Below, in pieces: positions 48,148 through 58,148 of a stretch of 64,000 bases of DNA. The stretch is from the IMG/VR virus record IMGVR_UViG_3300031603_000001, positions 32,001-96,000 of that record; one strand, 5' to 3'. The notes beneath the pieces were generated by a model. The model saw nothing but the letters and a program-made list of their open reading frames with translations. It ran no database searches and was not told the origin of the DNA. Origin of the DNA: a virus. Numbering within the stretch: position 1 is the stretch's first letter; each line of letters opens with the position of its first letter. Both the position numbers and the translations under genes were made by a program.

Positions 48148-49424
48148 TATTTGCCTCCAATAATAGTGGGAACACTCTCACTTTCTATGAGAGCCTCCAG
48201 TACGGCCAGCACCAACGCATCATCAGAATGGTTGAATACTAACTGGTCTTTCAATGTCTTTTCAAACACTGAGATAGATTTAATCAATGGCATAAGCTGT
48301 TGTACAGAAAGGTTACCCTTCCTAACAGCCGCCTTAAAGTTTGCACGCATACGTTTAGCTAATCCAAAAGCAAAGTTTCTGGTTGCAGTAGTGCGATCAT
48401 TCTTTTCTAAGCCCTTTTCCAGGGCAGGTATTACAGTTTCAAACAAGGTATGTAAAGCGCCGTCGCTTTGGCCCTTCATAATTTGTGCAGCAAACTTATT
48501 AGTAATAGCATACGAGACTGTACCAGGAGCTACAGATTTAATCATCTCAGCAGCATCAATTACTGCAGTTTTATGATCACCGTCTATCTCTTGGTACACA
48601 CGAGTCATCAAAAGGTTCACGGCGAGGCGAACATTTAGATCACAATTCTCAGAGATAAGCTTAAGGACTTCCTCAGGAATATGAGGTTGAGTCTCGCGGA
48701 TCTCTTCGTTAGCTGCTATGTCCTTCAAGACATCAAGTATTTCTTTTGACTTCCATGAGCGAATATGATATCGATCAAGGCGTGACATCAGCGCAGTGTT
48801 ACGCTCAAGAGTCTTAGGATCCGAGGACACCAAGAACATATACTGTGTAGGAGTTAACTTCTCAGTCCAAGTCAGCAGCAACTGCTGAGTCTTAGCATGA
48901 AAGTTCTGGGCCTCTTCGAAGATCAGTACAGTATTCTTATGACTCATCATGCCTACACCACCGAAGTATTCCTGCAGTACAGCACTAACGTCCCCAGTCT
49001 TTTCCTGTGCACTATCGATGTAACGCGTGCCCATGTCCCTGCCGGCCATGACATTCCTGTCCGCAGCGCGGCACCATTGGCATTCATTACAAGCGACTAA
49101 CAGTCCATCCTCTTCCTCAGGAGAAGCACAGTTAAGCAGTTTGCCTAACGCAACAGCGACAGATGTCTTTCCACTTCCCGGGTCTCCAGTCAGTAGATAG
49201 GAATGTAACAGCCCATCAGAGCCATCCCCACCTGCCTCACGTTTCTTTTGATTGTCCATCAAAGTCTTTGAGAACTTACGAAGGAATACAGCAGAAGGTC
49301 CATAGAATTCAGAGGTACTTAGCGGACGATACCATCCCCAGAGTGATTGATTGTGAGGATATTCATCCCCACCACGGTACTTAAGCTTAAGCTTTGTAAG
49401 TCCGTATGGTAGTGTGGTAGCCAT
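48147..49424 (-). CDS. dnaX: DNA polymerase III gamma/tau-like clamp loader subunit
   Basis: YRP, HSYLLTGDPGSGKTS, C...CNECQWC zinc module, VLIFEEAQ, and ALMSRL. Confidence 0.8.
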   Translation of the reverse strand: MATTLPYGLTKLKLKYRGGDEYPHNQSLWGWYRPLSTSEFYGPSAVFLRKFSKTLMDNQKKREAGGDGSDGLLHSYLLTGDPGSGKTSVAVALGKLLNCASPEEEDGLLVACNECQWCRAADRNVMAGRDMGTRYIDSAQEKTGDVSAVLQEYFGGVGMMSHKNTVLIFEEAQNFHAKTQQLLLTWTEKLTPTQYMFLVSSDPKTLERNTALMSRLDRYHIRSWKSKEILDVLKDIAANEEIRETQPHIPEEVLKLISENCDLNVRLAVNLLMTRVYQEIDGDHKTAVIDAAEMIKSVAPGTVSYAITNKFAAQIMKGQSDGALHTLFETVIPALEKGLEKNDRTTATRNFAFGLAKRMRANFKAAVRKGNLSVQQLMPLIKSISVFEKTLKDQLVFNHSDDALVLAVLEALIESESVPTIIGGK

Positions 49425-49433
49425 AGCTACTCC

Positions 49434-49931
49434 TTAATTAAATATTTCATAGAAACGTGAGTTGTCTCCGCCCTCTATAATATCAACATCCTTACGTTCT
49501 TTAAAGAACGAGAATGCCTTAGGGACGTCTAGCAACATTGGTTCGTATTGATTCTGCATAAGCAGAGCACGAACTGTATTCAATTGTCGGTCGGGTAATT
49601 CAATACGTACAGCTGACCGTTTATCTTTGTATATACGATAGGCAACTAGGATAGAAGCAGCACCGCGTTTCAAATCCATTAGGATTACTCTACGCTTGGT
49701 GTTCAATTGCTCCAAAGCAACAACACGAAGTACAGTACTCTTGTCCGCCCGTGACATCTTTACACCCATGTCGCCTAAACTAAAACAATCAATAGGCTTT
49801 TTATCGTCTACAATGTCTTCCATAGCTCTTTTACTTCCACCTTTATATGTGTAATGCAACGTTGTCGGGCAGGACAGAGCCTTAGCCAGATCACTCTTGT
49901 GTAACACAATTCTCCGTACTTTACTTGGCAC
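49434..49931 (-). CDS. Hypothetical basic protein
   Basis: 165-aa ORF between recD2-like and dnaX-like genes. Confidence 0.65.
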   Translation of the reverse strand: MPSKVRRIVLHKSDLAKALSCPTTLHYTYKGGSKRAMEDIVDDKKPIDCFSLGDMGVKMSRADKSTVLRVVALEQLNTKRRVILMDLKRGAASILVAYRIYKDKRSAVRIELPDRQLNTVRALLMQNQYEPMLLDVPKAFSFFKERKDVDIIEGGDNSRFYEIFN

Positions 49932-52125
49932 GAAGAGCCTCGGCTCGTTGTCTCATTTTCAGCTCATTGAGCTTAGTACCCAGACCGGTAAATCGTTCCA
50001 CAGATTCCTTTGTGTTGATAGCCTTATTCACTTCACGCGATCTGGCTATTACAACACAGTGCTTTGAAGCGCGCGTCACTGCAGTGTACAGTAAATTACG
50101 TCTTAACATAATATCACCGCGTCTATCAGGTGGTAGTATAATAACTACATACGGATATTCTCCACCCTGTGATTTATGGGCAGTAACTGCGTACGCTAAA
50201 TCTAATTGTCTCCACTCTCTGAAGTGATAATCCACCTCACGTCCGTCTATTTCTACTACGAAGTAGCCTTCCATACCGACGTACCCGGGCTCAATTCTCT
50301 TGAGCATTCCGATGTCGCCGTTAAATACAGCCTTCTCGTAATCATTTTTACTTTGTATCAGCTTGTCGCCTACTCTGAACATACAATCCTCAATAGGGAT
50401 CTTAAATCCCCGGGGATTCATCATGTCTTGCATGACTTCGTTCAACGTAGTGATATTGAAATCAGTTATCCGCTTACGAAACGGAGTAACTATCTGGATA
50501 TCTTTCATGTCCGTGACTTTATACTTCGTAATGAATCTCTCGATTACACCCCGAAGGACCGACGTCGTAGGGTTTTGTATCCAATGAAAGTCTTCGTTGT
50601 CTTTACCGTTTACCAAGGGAAGCCCAGTATTAATATTCTGTGCATTCGTAATAATCTTAGAAGCAGCAGCTTGCCGAAAGATCTTCCGTAAGTGTGTGAT
50701 ATGAAACATGTTAGAGGCTATGATATCGTGTAATACATTACCTGCACCAACACTCTCCAACTGATCGGGATCCCCTGCTAACACCAGGTGACACCCAGGC
50801 TTAAGTGCATCTGCTAAGGCTGCCATAATTTGTGTATCAACCATAGACATCTCATCAACGATAAGCATCTCAAGATCTAATTTGTTATCTGCATTACGCA
50901 TAAACATACCACGACCGGTCTCACCTGCAGCTAAAGGTCTGAATTCTAACAACCGGTGCAGAGTGAAAGCAGGCTTCCCTGTACTCTCTGTAATTCTCTT
51001 AGCAGCTCGACCAGTAGGCGCAGCTAAGGAGTACTTCATCTCCGCTTTCTCAGCGAGAGCAATGATACCTTGTATGGTTTTTGTTTTACCTGTGCCGGGT
51101 CCGCCAGTAAGAATGCTGACTCCACAATGGTAGGCTAATCCAATACCCTTACGTTGTCCATCAGAGAATTCAGTATCATTACGCTTCTCGTATTGAGTAA
51201 CCCAAGCATCCATCTTTTTTACGTCAGCCTTAGGTATTTTATAACTATCTAACTCTACAAGTTTCTTAGCAATAGTTTTCTCAGCAAAGAAGTGATCCTT
51301 ATGGTACACCCCTTCTGAGGTAACAACAATCTGCTTAGCTTCTTCTAGGAATGTTAAGGATTCCAGTAACAGCTCTTCATTATCATCAAATGATATCTGA
51401 GCTGTGCCTTCGGTATTACCACGGAGTAGCTCCAATGGTAAGTAAGTGTGGCCATGACTAGCATGGAGTAGGCTGTACATAACAGCGGCCCGTATTCGGC
51501 GAGGATCATCATGTGCGATCTTCAAGTCTTTAGCGAACTTGTCCGCTCGAGCCCAGCCAATTCCAGGTGCCCAGGCAATCCTATATGGATCATTCCTTAA
51601 GGCTAACTCAGGGTTAGGTTGAAATTTATCTATAAGCATCTTTGACTGACGCAGATTGAACCCAGCGTTCAAAAAGAACGTGAGTACATGAGCTTGATCG
51701 CGGTATTCTTTCCAGCCGGCTATGATACGCTTCGCTTTCGCACGTCCAATACCAGAGATAGCTTTAAGTTCCTTCTCAGAGCCACTCTCTAGAACATCAA
51801 TGATCCTGCCACCATACATGTTAACCATGCGTTCGGCAGTGACCTTTCCTACACCTGCGACCATCCCAGACCCAAGTAGGGCTGTGATATTATCCGCCTG
51901 CTTAGGTAATGTTTTTGAGAACTGTGATACAATAAATCTTGTACCATAGTGCTCGTGGTCCTGGTAATAACCAGAAACTTTGAGAACCTCTCCGGGGAAG
52001 CTTGGAAACTTCCCCAGGTAGGTAATCAATGGTAAATCTCCGGCTGGTTGCAGAGTGCCAATCGAAAAGCTTTCACGGTTTACGTAAACGCTTTGGATGA
52101 CACCTTCAATCAACAGGTTGGACAT
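49921..52125 (-). CDS. recD2: RecD2/TraA-family SF1B helicase
   Basis: N-terminal OB/HhH (GVGKVTAERM, GIGRAKA), LTGGPGTGKT, APTGRAAKR, IVDEMSM, GDPDQL, and AYAVTAHKSQGGE. Confidence 0.92.
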   Translation of the reverse strand: MSNLLIEGVIQSVYVNRESFSIGTLQPAGDLPLITYLGKFPSFPGEVLKVSGYYQDHEHYGTRFIVSQFSKTLPKQADNITALLGSGMVAGVGKVTAERMVNMYGGRIIDVLESGSEKELKAISGIGRAKAKRIIAGWKEYRDQAHVLTFFLNAGFNLRQSKMLIDKFQPNPELALRNDPYRIAWAPGIGWARADKFAKDLKIAHDDPRRIRAAVMYSLLHASHGHTYLPLELLRGNTEGTAQISFDDNEELLLESLTFLEEAKQIVVTSEGVYHKDHFFAEKTIAKKLVELDSYKIPKADVKKMDAWVTQYEKRNDTEFSDGQRKGIGLAYHCGVSILTGGPGTGKTKTIQGIIALAEKAEMKYSLAAPTGRAAKRITESTGKPAFTLHRLLEFRPLAAGETGRGMFMRNADNKLDLEMLIVDEMSMVDTQIMAALADALKPGCHLVLAGDPDQLESVGAGNVLHDIIASNMFHITHLRKIFRQAAASKIITNAQNINTGLPLVNGKDNEDFHWIQNPTTSVLRGVIERFITKYKVTDMKDIQIVTPFRKRITDFNITTLNEVMQDMMNPRGFKIPIEDCMFRVGDKLIQSKNDYEKAVFNGDIGMLKRIEPGYVGMEGYFVVEIDGREVDYHFREWRQLDLAYAVTAHKSQGGEYPYVVIILPPDRRGDIMLRRNLLYTAVTRASKHCVVIARSREVNKAINTKESVERFTGLGTKLNELKMRQRAEALRAK

Positions 52126-53177
52126 CAGAAGTTCATATCGTCTAGTCCGCCGCCAGTACTGTCAGCTGCCATAGGAGTAATTACATCTTCCACAGGTAGT
52201 TCAGGTTCTGAAGATAGACTTTCTATAACAGTAACTTCTGGTTCTACAACGAGATCAGTTTCGGCGGAACCTTCTAAGACGGATGTGTTCATCTTATTAT
52301 CTTCATCAAATGTGTCAAAAGAGACAACAGTAGACTTAGCTTCACATGATGGACAAATGTAATCAGTATCACCATCTTCACAGAGGTTACAGTCTACGTA
52401 CTCATCTTGAACTACTTCAGGATCTGGATCAGGAGAGTCGTCCTTGTCATCCCCTTCGGGGATAACATCAGATTCGTCAGTAATTTGACTAGCATCATCA
52501 TCGGTAGTTTCTTGAGTCTCTGTAACAACTTCATCAATATCCTGACTACCCTCTTGCTTAGGTTCATCAACAGCACCTTCGGTGTTAACCTCAGTATTAA
52601 CTTCGGTGTCTACTTCGGTGTTAACCTCAATATCAGCTTTCATGGTAGCAGTAGCAACTGCCACAGCTGCAGTGGCAGTTGCCTCCTCGTCACCAAACCA
52701 TGCATTCAAACGAGCGTTAGTCAGTGAACCTTCTGGGAAGATATAACTGATGTCTACACTGGTAGCAAGTACCATAGGAAGCAATGTTTGGATTGTATGA
52801 GTCTTCTGACCTAACAGACGAAGCATACGTACACGTACGCTGTCCTCTTTGATACCTAAGGCCTTGCCTATTTCAACATTAGTCTTGGTGAAATGCATGA
52901 AAGCCCACAGACGATAGATGGGATTCAAGCTCTTAGGTAGAGCTTCTAAGACATCAGCTTTCGCTAGTGCCTTTGCGGGGGTAGTATTAGACTCGATCGT
53001 ATGTCCACTGTCCTTGAGGGCAGAGGAGATAGTCTTATCCATATCCTTAAATTCAGCCGTGGTCTTTGACTTCGTACCATCCGGCTTTACAAGGAACAAT
53101 TCCTGTATATTCTCACGGGTTAAACCCCTGCGAGTAAAATAGGTCAGTGCCTCATCAACTGTCGTTAAGCGTACCAT
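52125..53177 (-). CDS. HTH protein with long acidic low-complexity tail and zinc knuckle
   Basis: TNVEIGKALGIKEDSVRVRMLRL HTH; EVNT tandem repeats; CNLC...CPSC; ends GLDDMNF. Confidence 0.6.
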   Translation of the reverse strand: MVRLTTVDEALTYFTRRGLTRENIQELFLVKPDGTKSKTTAEFKDMDKTISSALKDSGHTIESNTTPAKALAKADVLEALPKSLNPIYRLWAFMHFTKTNVEIGKALGIKEDSVRVRMLRLLGQKTHTIQTLLPMVLATSVDISYIFPEGSLTNARLNAWFGDEEATATAAVAVATATMKADIEVNTEVDTEVNTEVNTEGAVDEPKQEGSQDIDEVVTETQETTDDDASQITDESDVIPEGDDKDDSPDPDPEVVQDEYVDCNLCEDGDTDYICPSCEAKSTVVSFDTFDEDNKMNTSVLEGSAETDLVVEPEVTVIESLSSEPELPVEDVITPMAADSTGGGLDDMNF

Positions 53178-53191
53178 TCAGGTATCCTTTC

Positions 53192-55468
53192 TTAACATCG
53201 CTGCCATGGGCAAGCGATACATCTTTCGCATCCATTCTCATGGATAACGCTCAAGTCATGACAATCAGGACATTGAGTATATTCTGTAGTAGAGGAAGCC
53301 TCTACTACCTTTGGGACTTCAACGATAGCGCCTATTATAGGCACTGCGGTTCTGTCCGCCAAATAACGTTCAAGAGTTTTAGCAACTCCATCTGGTGTGG
53401 ACAAAATACGTGTAGACTTTGTGTCCCCGGGGAAGGTATGGAAGACTGGTATAGAAGAGATACCCTTCAGCTGTTTAATTAACACAGCAGGGTCCACTCC
53501 TGATCTAGCAGCAACACTTATCAGACGACCTAAGGCCTCTGATAATGCAGCTTCATTACCTCCAGCTTTACCTACCCTGGCTATTACTTCTACAAGTCTG
53601 CCTAGCTCATCTTCATTAATAGTAACGAGCATATCACCTGCGCCGGTAAATACTTTCTCCGTAATACCAGCCACACGTTGTGGTCTTGGTGTAGGATGCA
53701 GTAAGTTACCTGAATCATACGGGTGTACAAACTTGGCAGCAACAGTAGCAGGTTTTTCATCCATACTTTTAAGAATCCCATCACGGGAGCCTTCTCGATA
53801 AACAGTGATACCTTTTAGACCTTTGTCGTACGCAAACTCATAGATATTACGTACATCTGCAATTGTTGCAGAGGAAGGAAGATTAACTGTTGACGAGATA
53901 GAAGTATCTATATACTTCTGTACAACACCTTGCATCCTCACCCGAAAGTGTGGATCTATTTGATGTGATACTCGTACATAGTCAGGAATTGGTAACCCAT
54001 TAAGGATAAACCATTGGTGCACTAGTGGATGGTATGCAACAAAATGCTTCTTACCGCCTTCGACTTTCTCGTCGATGACTGTGCGTTTATATTGTGTTTG
54101 GAAGAGGGGTTCGATACCACTTGAGGTACCGGCCACTATACTTCCTGTTCCAACTGGTGCTACAGTTAACAATGTCCCATTACGAAGTCCGTGTTCCTTG
54201 ATAGCCGTTCTAATAGGCTGAGGCAGAGTCTTAAAGAAAGCACTCTTACGGAGTCCTGCTAGATCAAAGGCAGGGAAGGATCCCTTTTCTTTGGCCAAGT
54301 GTATGGACGCACGGTAGGTATTGTCACGGATAAATTCCATAACCTTTTCTACTATATCCAGGGCTTCCTCGGAATCATACTTGACATGTAACTTGATTAG
54401 CATATCTGCCAGTCCAGTGATACCGAACCCAACTCTACGTTGCTCAAGTGCACTTATCTTTTGTTGTTCCAAGGGATGGCGATCAGCATTATAGTCAATA
54501 ACATTGTCCATGTACCTTACGCCTATAAAGATAGTCTTCTTTAACACATCCCAATCAATGCCATGCTTACCCGGGGTGCCGTTCTGTTTAGTCATCTTGG
54601 ATAGATTAATCGCACCAAGATTACAGTTGCCACCATCAGGAAGTGGTTGTTCGCCACAGGGATTTGTACTTACTAATGGAGCACAATACTCCAGGTTATG
54701 AAACTGTTTCATCCTGTCCCAGAAAATGATTCCTGGTTCAGCACTGGCGTGTGCCATGTTGATGATCTTGTCCCATAATTCACGTGCATTGATCTGACGA
54801 TAGACTTTGCCGCCCCACCGTAGTGGGAAGTCTGAGTTTTTCTCCAATGCTTTCATGAACTCATCAGTAATAAGAACACTAATATTTGAATACTGTACCA
54901 TACTACGACTGGCGTCGTTCTTAACATGAATGAATTCTTCAATGTCAGGGTGGTCTACACGCAGTGTCTGCATGTTAGCTCCACGTCGACCGTGCTGGCT
55001 GATGGTATTTGTATTCACAGAGAATAGATCCATGAACCCTACGGGCCCGCAGGATTCTCCACCGGTTCCGCCTATTTTTTCACCACGTGGACGTAGGACT
55101 GACAAGTCATGCCCAACACCTCCCCCCGCTTTATAGGTCCTTGCTTCATCACGTATGGTATCATAAATAGCATTAATACTATCAGACTTGATTTCAATTA
55201 CATAACAATTAGTTAAGGTTGACTTAAAGTCCGTGCCCGCACCATGCATGATGCGGCCACCTGGAATGAAGCGCCAATCAGTAAGCGCCCAGAGAAAATC
55301 AGCATTGACCTGCTCACGTACATCAGGTTTTTCAACCTCTGCTATGGCTTGGGCTCCGCGTCTCCAGATATCTGCCGGTTCTGATTCTTCACCGTATATG
55401 TACTTTGCTTTGAGAGTACTTTCTCCTAGGCCTCCGTCACCGAAGTCCTTGTAATATTCTATTGGCAT
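53192..55468 (-). CDS. nrdJ: Class II (adenosylcobalamin-dependent) ribonucleotide reductase with TSCPD domain
   Basis: FIPGGRI, LTNCYV, TNPCGEQPL, CNLGAINL, TVAPVGT, SSTVNLP, ITVYREGSR, and C-terminal CPDC...CERC. Confidence 0.92.
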   Translation of the reverse strand: MPIEYYKDFGDGGLGESTLKAKYIYGEESEPADIWRRGAQAIAEVEKPDVREQVNADFLWALTDWRFIPGGRIMHGAGTDFKSTLTNCYVIEIKSDSINAIYDTIRDEARTYKAGGGVGHDLSVLRPRGEKIGGTGGESCGPVGFMDLFSVNTNTISQHGRRGANMQTLRVDHPDIEEFIHVKNDASRSMVQYSNISVLITDEFMKALEKNSDFPLRWGGKVYRQINARELWDKIINMAHASAEPGIIFWDRMKQFHNLEYCAPLVSTNPCGEQPLPDGGNCNLGAINLSKMTKQNGTPGKHGIDWDVLKKTIFIGVRYMDNVIDYNADRHPLEQQKISALEQRRVGFGITGLADMLIKLHVKYDSEEALDIVEKVMEFIRDNTYRASIHLAKEKGSFPAFDLAGLRKSAFFKTLPQPIRTAIKEHGLRNGTLLTVAPVGTGSIVAGTSSGIEPLFQTQYKRTVIDEKVEGGKKHFVAYHPLVHQWFILNGLPIPDYVRVSHQIDPHFRVRMQGVVQKYIDTSISSTVNLPSSATIADVRNIYEFAYDKGLKGITVYREGSRDGILKSMDEKPATVAAKFVHPYDSGNLLHPTPRPQRVAGITEKVFTGAGDMLVTINEDELGRLVEVIARVGKAGGNEAALSEALGRLISVAARSGVDPAVLIKQLKGISSIPVFHTFPGDTKSTRILSTPDGVAKTLERYLADRTAVPIIGAIVEVPKVVEASSTTEYTQCPDCHDLSVIHENGCERCIACPWQRC

Positions 55469-55485
55469 ATTATCCTTTTAATAAA

Positions 55486-56226
55486 TTACACTTCCAGTAG
55501 ATTAAACTCGAATCCTGAGTCTATCCAGAAGTCAATATACATAACTACGGCATTAGCTAACACAGCGTCTTTGACTTGAGTTAGTATCATGTTACGTACT
55601 TTTAGCATGTCCTCTGTAAGTACATGCAGAACAGACCTGCCCTTAGGCAGTAAGTCCAACAACTTAGGTACTTCGGAAATTAAACTATCCAGATTCATTC
55701 CTGTTAAACTGTCTTGTACAACAAGAGGAAGTGCTACTTCAGGCATCAGCCCTGGTACAGCTTCCGGACTTGATGCACCTTCCAGTACAGGCATGCCTTT
55801 TAGTTGTTTGTAAATGTCCATAAATGGACGATCCCAAAACTCCTGTCCCTTTTCATTGAGTGTAGATAGTATAACTTGTTGATCATCATACACTCCCTCG
55901 AATAAGGAAAAAGCTGCCCTATCTACTCCAATAATTGGTATATCTAGAATAGAATTAGGATCAACAGTGATTTCATTAATCTTCTCTAGAACACTATCGA
56001 ACTCAGATTTTAGAGCCCTAGCTTCCGGGCTTTCCAAGTAAGTACTTAAGTAACTATCCTGTATCATTTGTGGCATACTGATTAGGTTCTTCTCGTCAAG
56101 TCCGTCAATATAAATCTCTAAACTACGGAGCTTTATCTTTCTGATAGAAATGAGTACTTCTCGTAATACTAGGAACTCATCCTCCGAACCAGGGCTTGGT
56201 ACCCTGGCCGGTTCAATGATTAACAC
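55486..56226 (-). CDS. Hypothetical acidic protein (start re-assigned to GTG 56226)
   Basis: TAGTG overlap with the Sak stop gives a coupled start. Confidence 0.55.
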   Translation of the reverse strand: MLIIEPARVPSPGSEDEFLVLREVLISIRKIKLRSLEIYIDGLDEKNLISMPQMIQDSYLSTYLESPEARALKSEFDSVLEKINEITVDPNSILDIPIIGVDRAAFSLFEGVYDDQQVILSTLNEKGQEFWDRPFMDIYKQLKGMPVLEGASSPEAVPGLMPEVALPLVVQDSLTGMNLDSLISEVPKLLDLLPKGRSVLHVLTEDMLKVRNMILTQVKDAVLANAVVMYIDFWIDSGFEFNLLEV

Positions 56227-56867
56227 TAAGCCCCAGCCCCAGTTGGAACCCTTCGCCGCAAGTACGCATTGTACTTGTGTGCTTTTTCGATAGTCCAAAG
56301 GCCTTCGTTCTTCATTTGCTCAACTGCAGTTTCGGGTAATGTATCCCCGACCTTTTCAATAAGCTCTTTGAACTCAGCCATCTGGTCGTCACGAATTGCG
56401 TACAGATTGCTAACCTGTGGCGCTGTTTCGTGGTCTTCTCCACGATACAAATATGCACCTAGTCCGAATGATGCAGCACATCTACGCAGCAATGAAGCGC
56501 GCGCGATAGTTGCAGGTGGAATATTACCACCACCATCCATAGAGGTTGGAGCATTAGCGTCATAGTACCCGACGTTGTCACGCCGTACACCATAAATATC
56601 AAGGTGTCCGTACAAAGTAAGCCACTTGCTACCCTTGGTCTCCTCAGTAATGATAAGCTTCCACCCCGGTACGACAGTGTTCAGTACGGCTTCAATATCT
56701 ATCCACTTAATATAACTAAGTGCATGCCCAGTGTGTGGGTCATTGAAAGTACTAATCAATTCGACAGGCAGGGGCATACCTAGCGCATCAAGGATTTGTG
56801 TATCCCATTTGAGAAAACGCTTGGTAGGTACCGGCAGCTTAAGATCAGCTATTGTTATCTTGGCCAT
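56226..56867 (-). CDS. Rad52/22-family single-strand annealing protein (Sak)
   Basis: LSYIKWIDIEAVLNTVVPGW...GVRRDNVG...SLLRRCAASFGLGAYLY; GGAGG RBS before ATG 56867. Confidence 0.8.
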   Translation of the reverse strand: MAKITIADLKLPVPTKRFLKWDTQILDALGMPLPVELISTFNDPHTGHALSYIKWIDIEAVLNTVVPGWKLIITEETKGSKWLTLYGHLDIYGVRRDNVGYYDANAPTSMDGGGNIPPATIARASLLRRCAASFGLGAYLYRGEDHETAPQVSNLYAIRDDQMAEFKELIEKVGDTLPETAVEQMKNEGLWTIEKAHKYNAYLRRRVPTGAGA

Positions 56868-57543
56868 TAGCGGCCCTCCTTGTTTCGACTTCCGGAAGCA
56901 CATCTTCCAGAGTTCGTTTAAACAGCTCCGACTTGTTATACCGAGCCGTAGCTGTTATGTCTTTCTTATGAGGTTCTTTGTACAGCTGAACCCCAAACCC
57001 TGTGTCCACTATCAAAGCATCCCAAGGCATATCTTTATACCCTAAGTCCAGTGATAGTTCAGAGACGTCGTCGTCCACTCCGGGAGTGAAGGTATACCCA
57101 CGTCGGATACGTTCTTGTAGAACTGTTTCTATCCGGATAGAGTACACCAATATATCATCAAGCTTCTTGAAATATTCAATCTCATTTAGGAACCTGCAAT
57201 CCGGTACGATAATAATGTCCGCACCGCCTGCTTCGGCTACATCTTGTAGCTTAATACACCAGTAATCCACATCCTCAGCGCGCCTTTGTTGACCTAAAGA
57301 GATCATAGCAGGACGCCACTTCTTTTTGATAGGGCTACTGTTGTCTTGGATAGATTTAATTGATGGTATCTCATCAGGATAAGTATCCATCAACTCCTGC
57401 CGTATAGCATCTGCTAGATGATGTATAGCAGGGTCCTCCGGTGTCGCAGTACTCCAGCGCATGGCATTAGTAAGTGCCTCGGCTAGAGTATCTTTGCCAT
57501 TCAACCGCTTCCCTGATATCAACACATAGATTTGTTTTGACAT
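56845..57543 (-). CDS. Deoxynucleoside monophosphate kinase (P-loop)
   Basis: ISGKRLNGKDT, LADAIR, LGQQRR...YW, IIIVPDCRFLNE, and SELSLD. Confidence 0.8.
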   Translation of the reverse strand: MSKQIYVLISGKRLNGKDTLAEALTNAMRWSTATPEDPAIHHLADAIRQELMDTYPDEIPSIKSIQDNSSPIKKKWRPAMISLGQQRRAEDVDYWCIKLQDVAEAGGADIIIVPDCRFLNEIEYFKKLDDILVYSIRIETVLQERIRRGYTFTPGVDDDVSELSLDLGYKDMPWDALIVDTGFGVQLYKEPHKKDITATARYNKSELFKRTLEDVLPEVETRRAANGQDNNS

Positions 57544-58148
57544 CAGAAACTACAGCGGAGTTTTAAAGGCTTCTTTACACCACGATAGTGATTCATCAGA
57601 GCCTGTGCACCGAACAGCGCCGCCATCCGGTTACCAAGCTGAAGTAATCCAGCCTGTAAATCTGCTTCAATAGCACAACCGCGTGTGTTATTCTCAGGCT
57701 TAAGCGATTCCTGAGTAATCTCCAGCAGCTGATCGACAGTCATCTTTGAATCCTTATTGATACAAATAGACTCTCTACCTTCTGCCCGTAGATCAATCCA
57801 GTACGGAACCTTGTCCTGTGCTTTGAACACCATACGTCTAAACGCAACGTTATCCACAGCAATCATGACTACATCGAAGTCAGCTAATTGATCCATAGTA
57901 TTAACACGTTCACGTACAACTTCATCAATAGCATACCCTTGCTCGACCAATGCATCAACCTTATACATCATACCATCTGCATGAAACTCGTCAAAGTTTT
58001 GATACAATACATTCCTACGTTCAACAAGATCATCGTCGAACACAGTTAAATGCATGTCAGGCATTTGACTTGACTTGATCTCTTCATCTGCAATTATATC
58101 CACTGCATATGAACCGATTCCGCCAGCACCTACCAGTGCTACCTTCAT
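57543..58148 (-). CDS. Minimal ThiF/MoeB/E1-like adenylyltransferase
   Basis: VALVGAGGIGS, FDDDLVERRNVLYQ, KVDAL, AVDN. No CxxC zinc pairs; lone Cys158 (RGC) at the putative thioester position. Confidence 0.9.
   Translation of the reverse strand: MKVALVGAGGIGSYAVDIIADEEIKSSQMPDMHLTVFDDDLVERRNVLYQNFDEFHADGMMYKVDALVEQGYAIDEVVRERVNTMDQLADFDVVMIAVDNVAFRRMVFKAQDKVPYWIDLRAEGRESICINKDSKMTVDQLLEITQESLKPENNTRGCAIEADLQAGLLQLGNRMAALFGAQALMNHYRGVKKPLKLRCSF

Noticed and set aside
56845-57543. Phosphomevalonate kinase
   Set aside because: The SGKRxxGKD motif is shared, but the context beside RNR and replication genes favours a dNMP kinase.
57543-58148. Thiamine or molybdopterin biosynthesis ThiF/MoeB
   Set aside because: It lacks the zinc CxxC pairs, and no ThiG/ThiI/MoaE/rhodanese genes are visible in the window. 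A sulfur-carrier role is not fully excluded.
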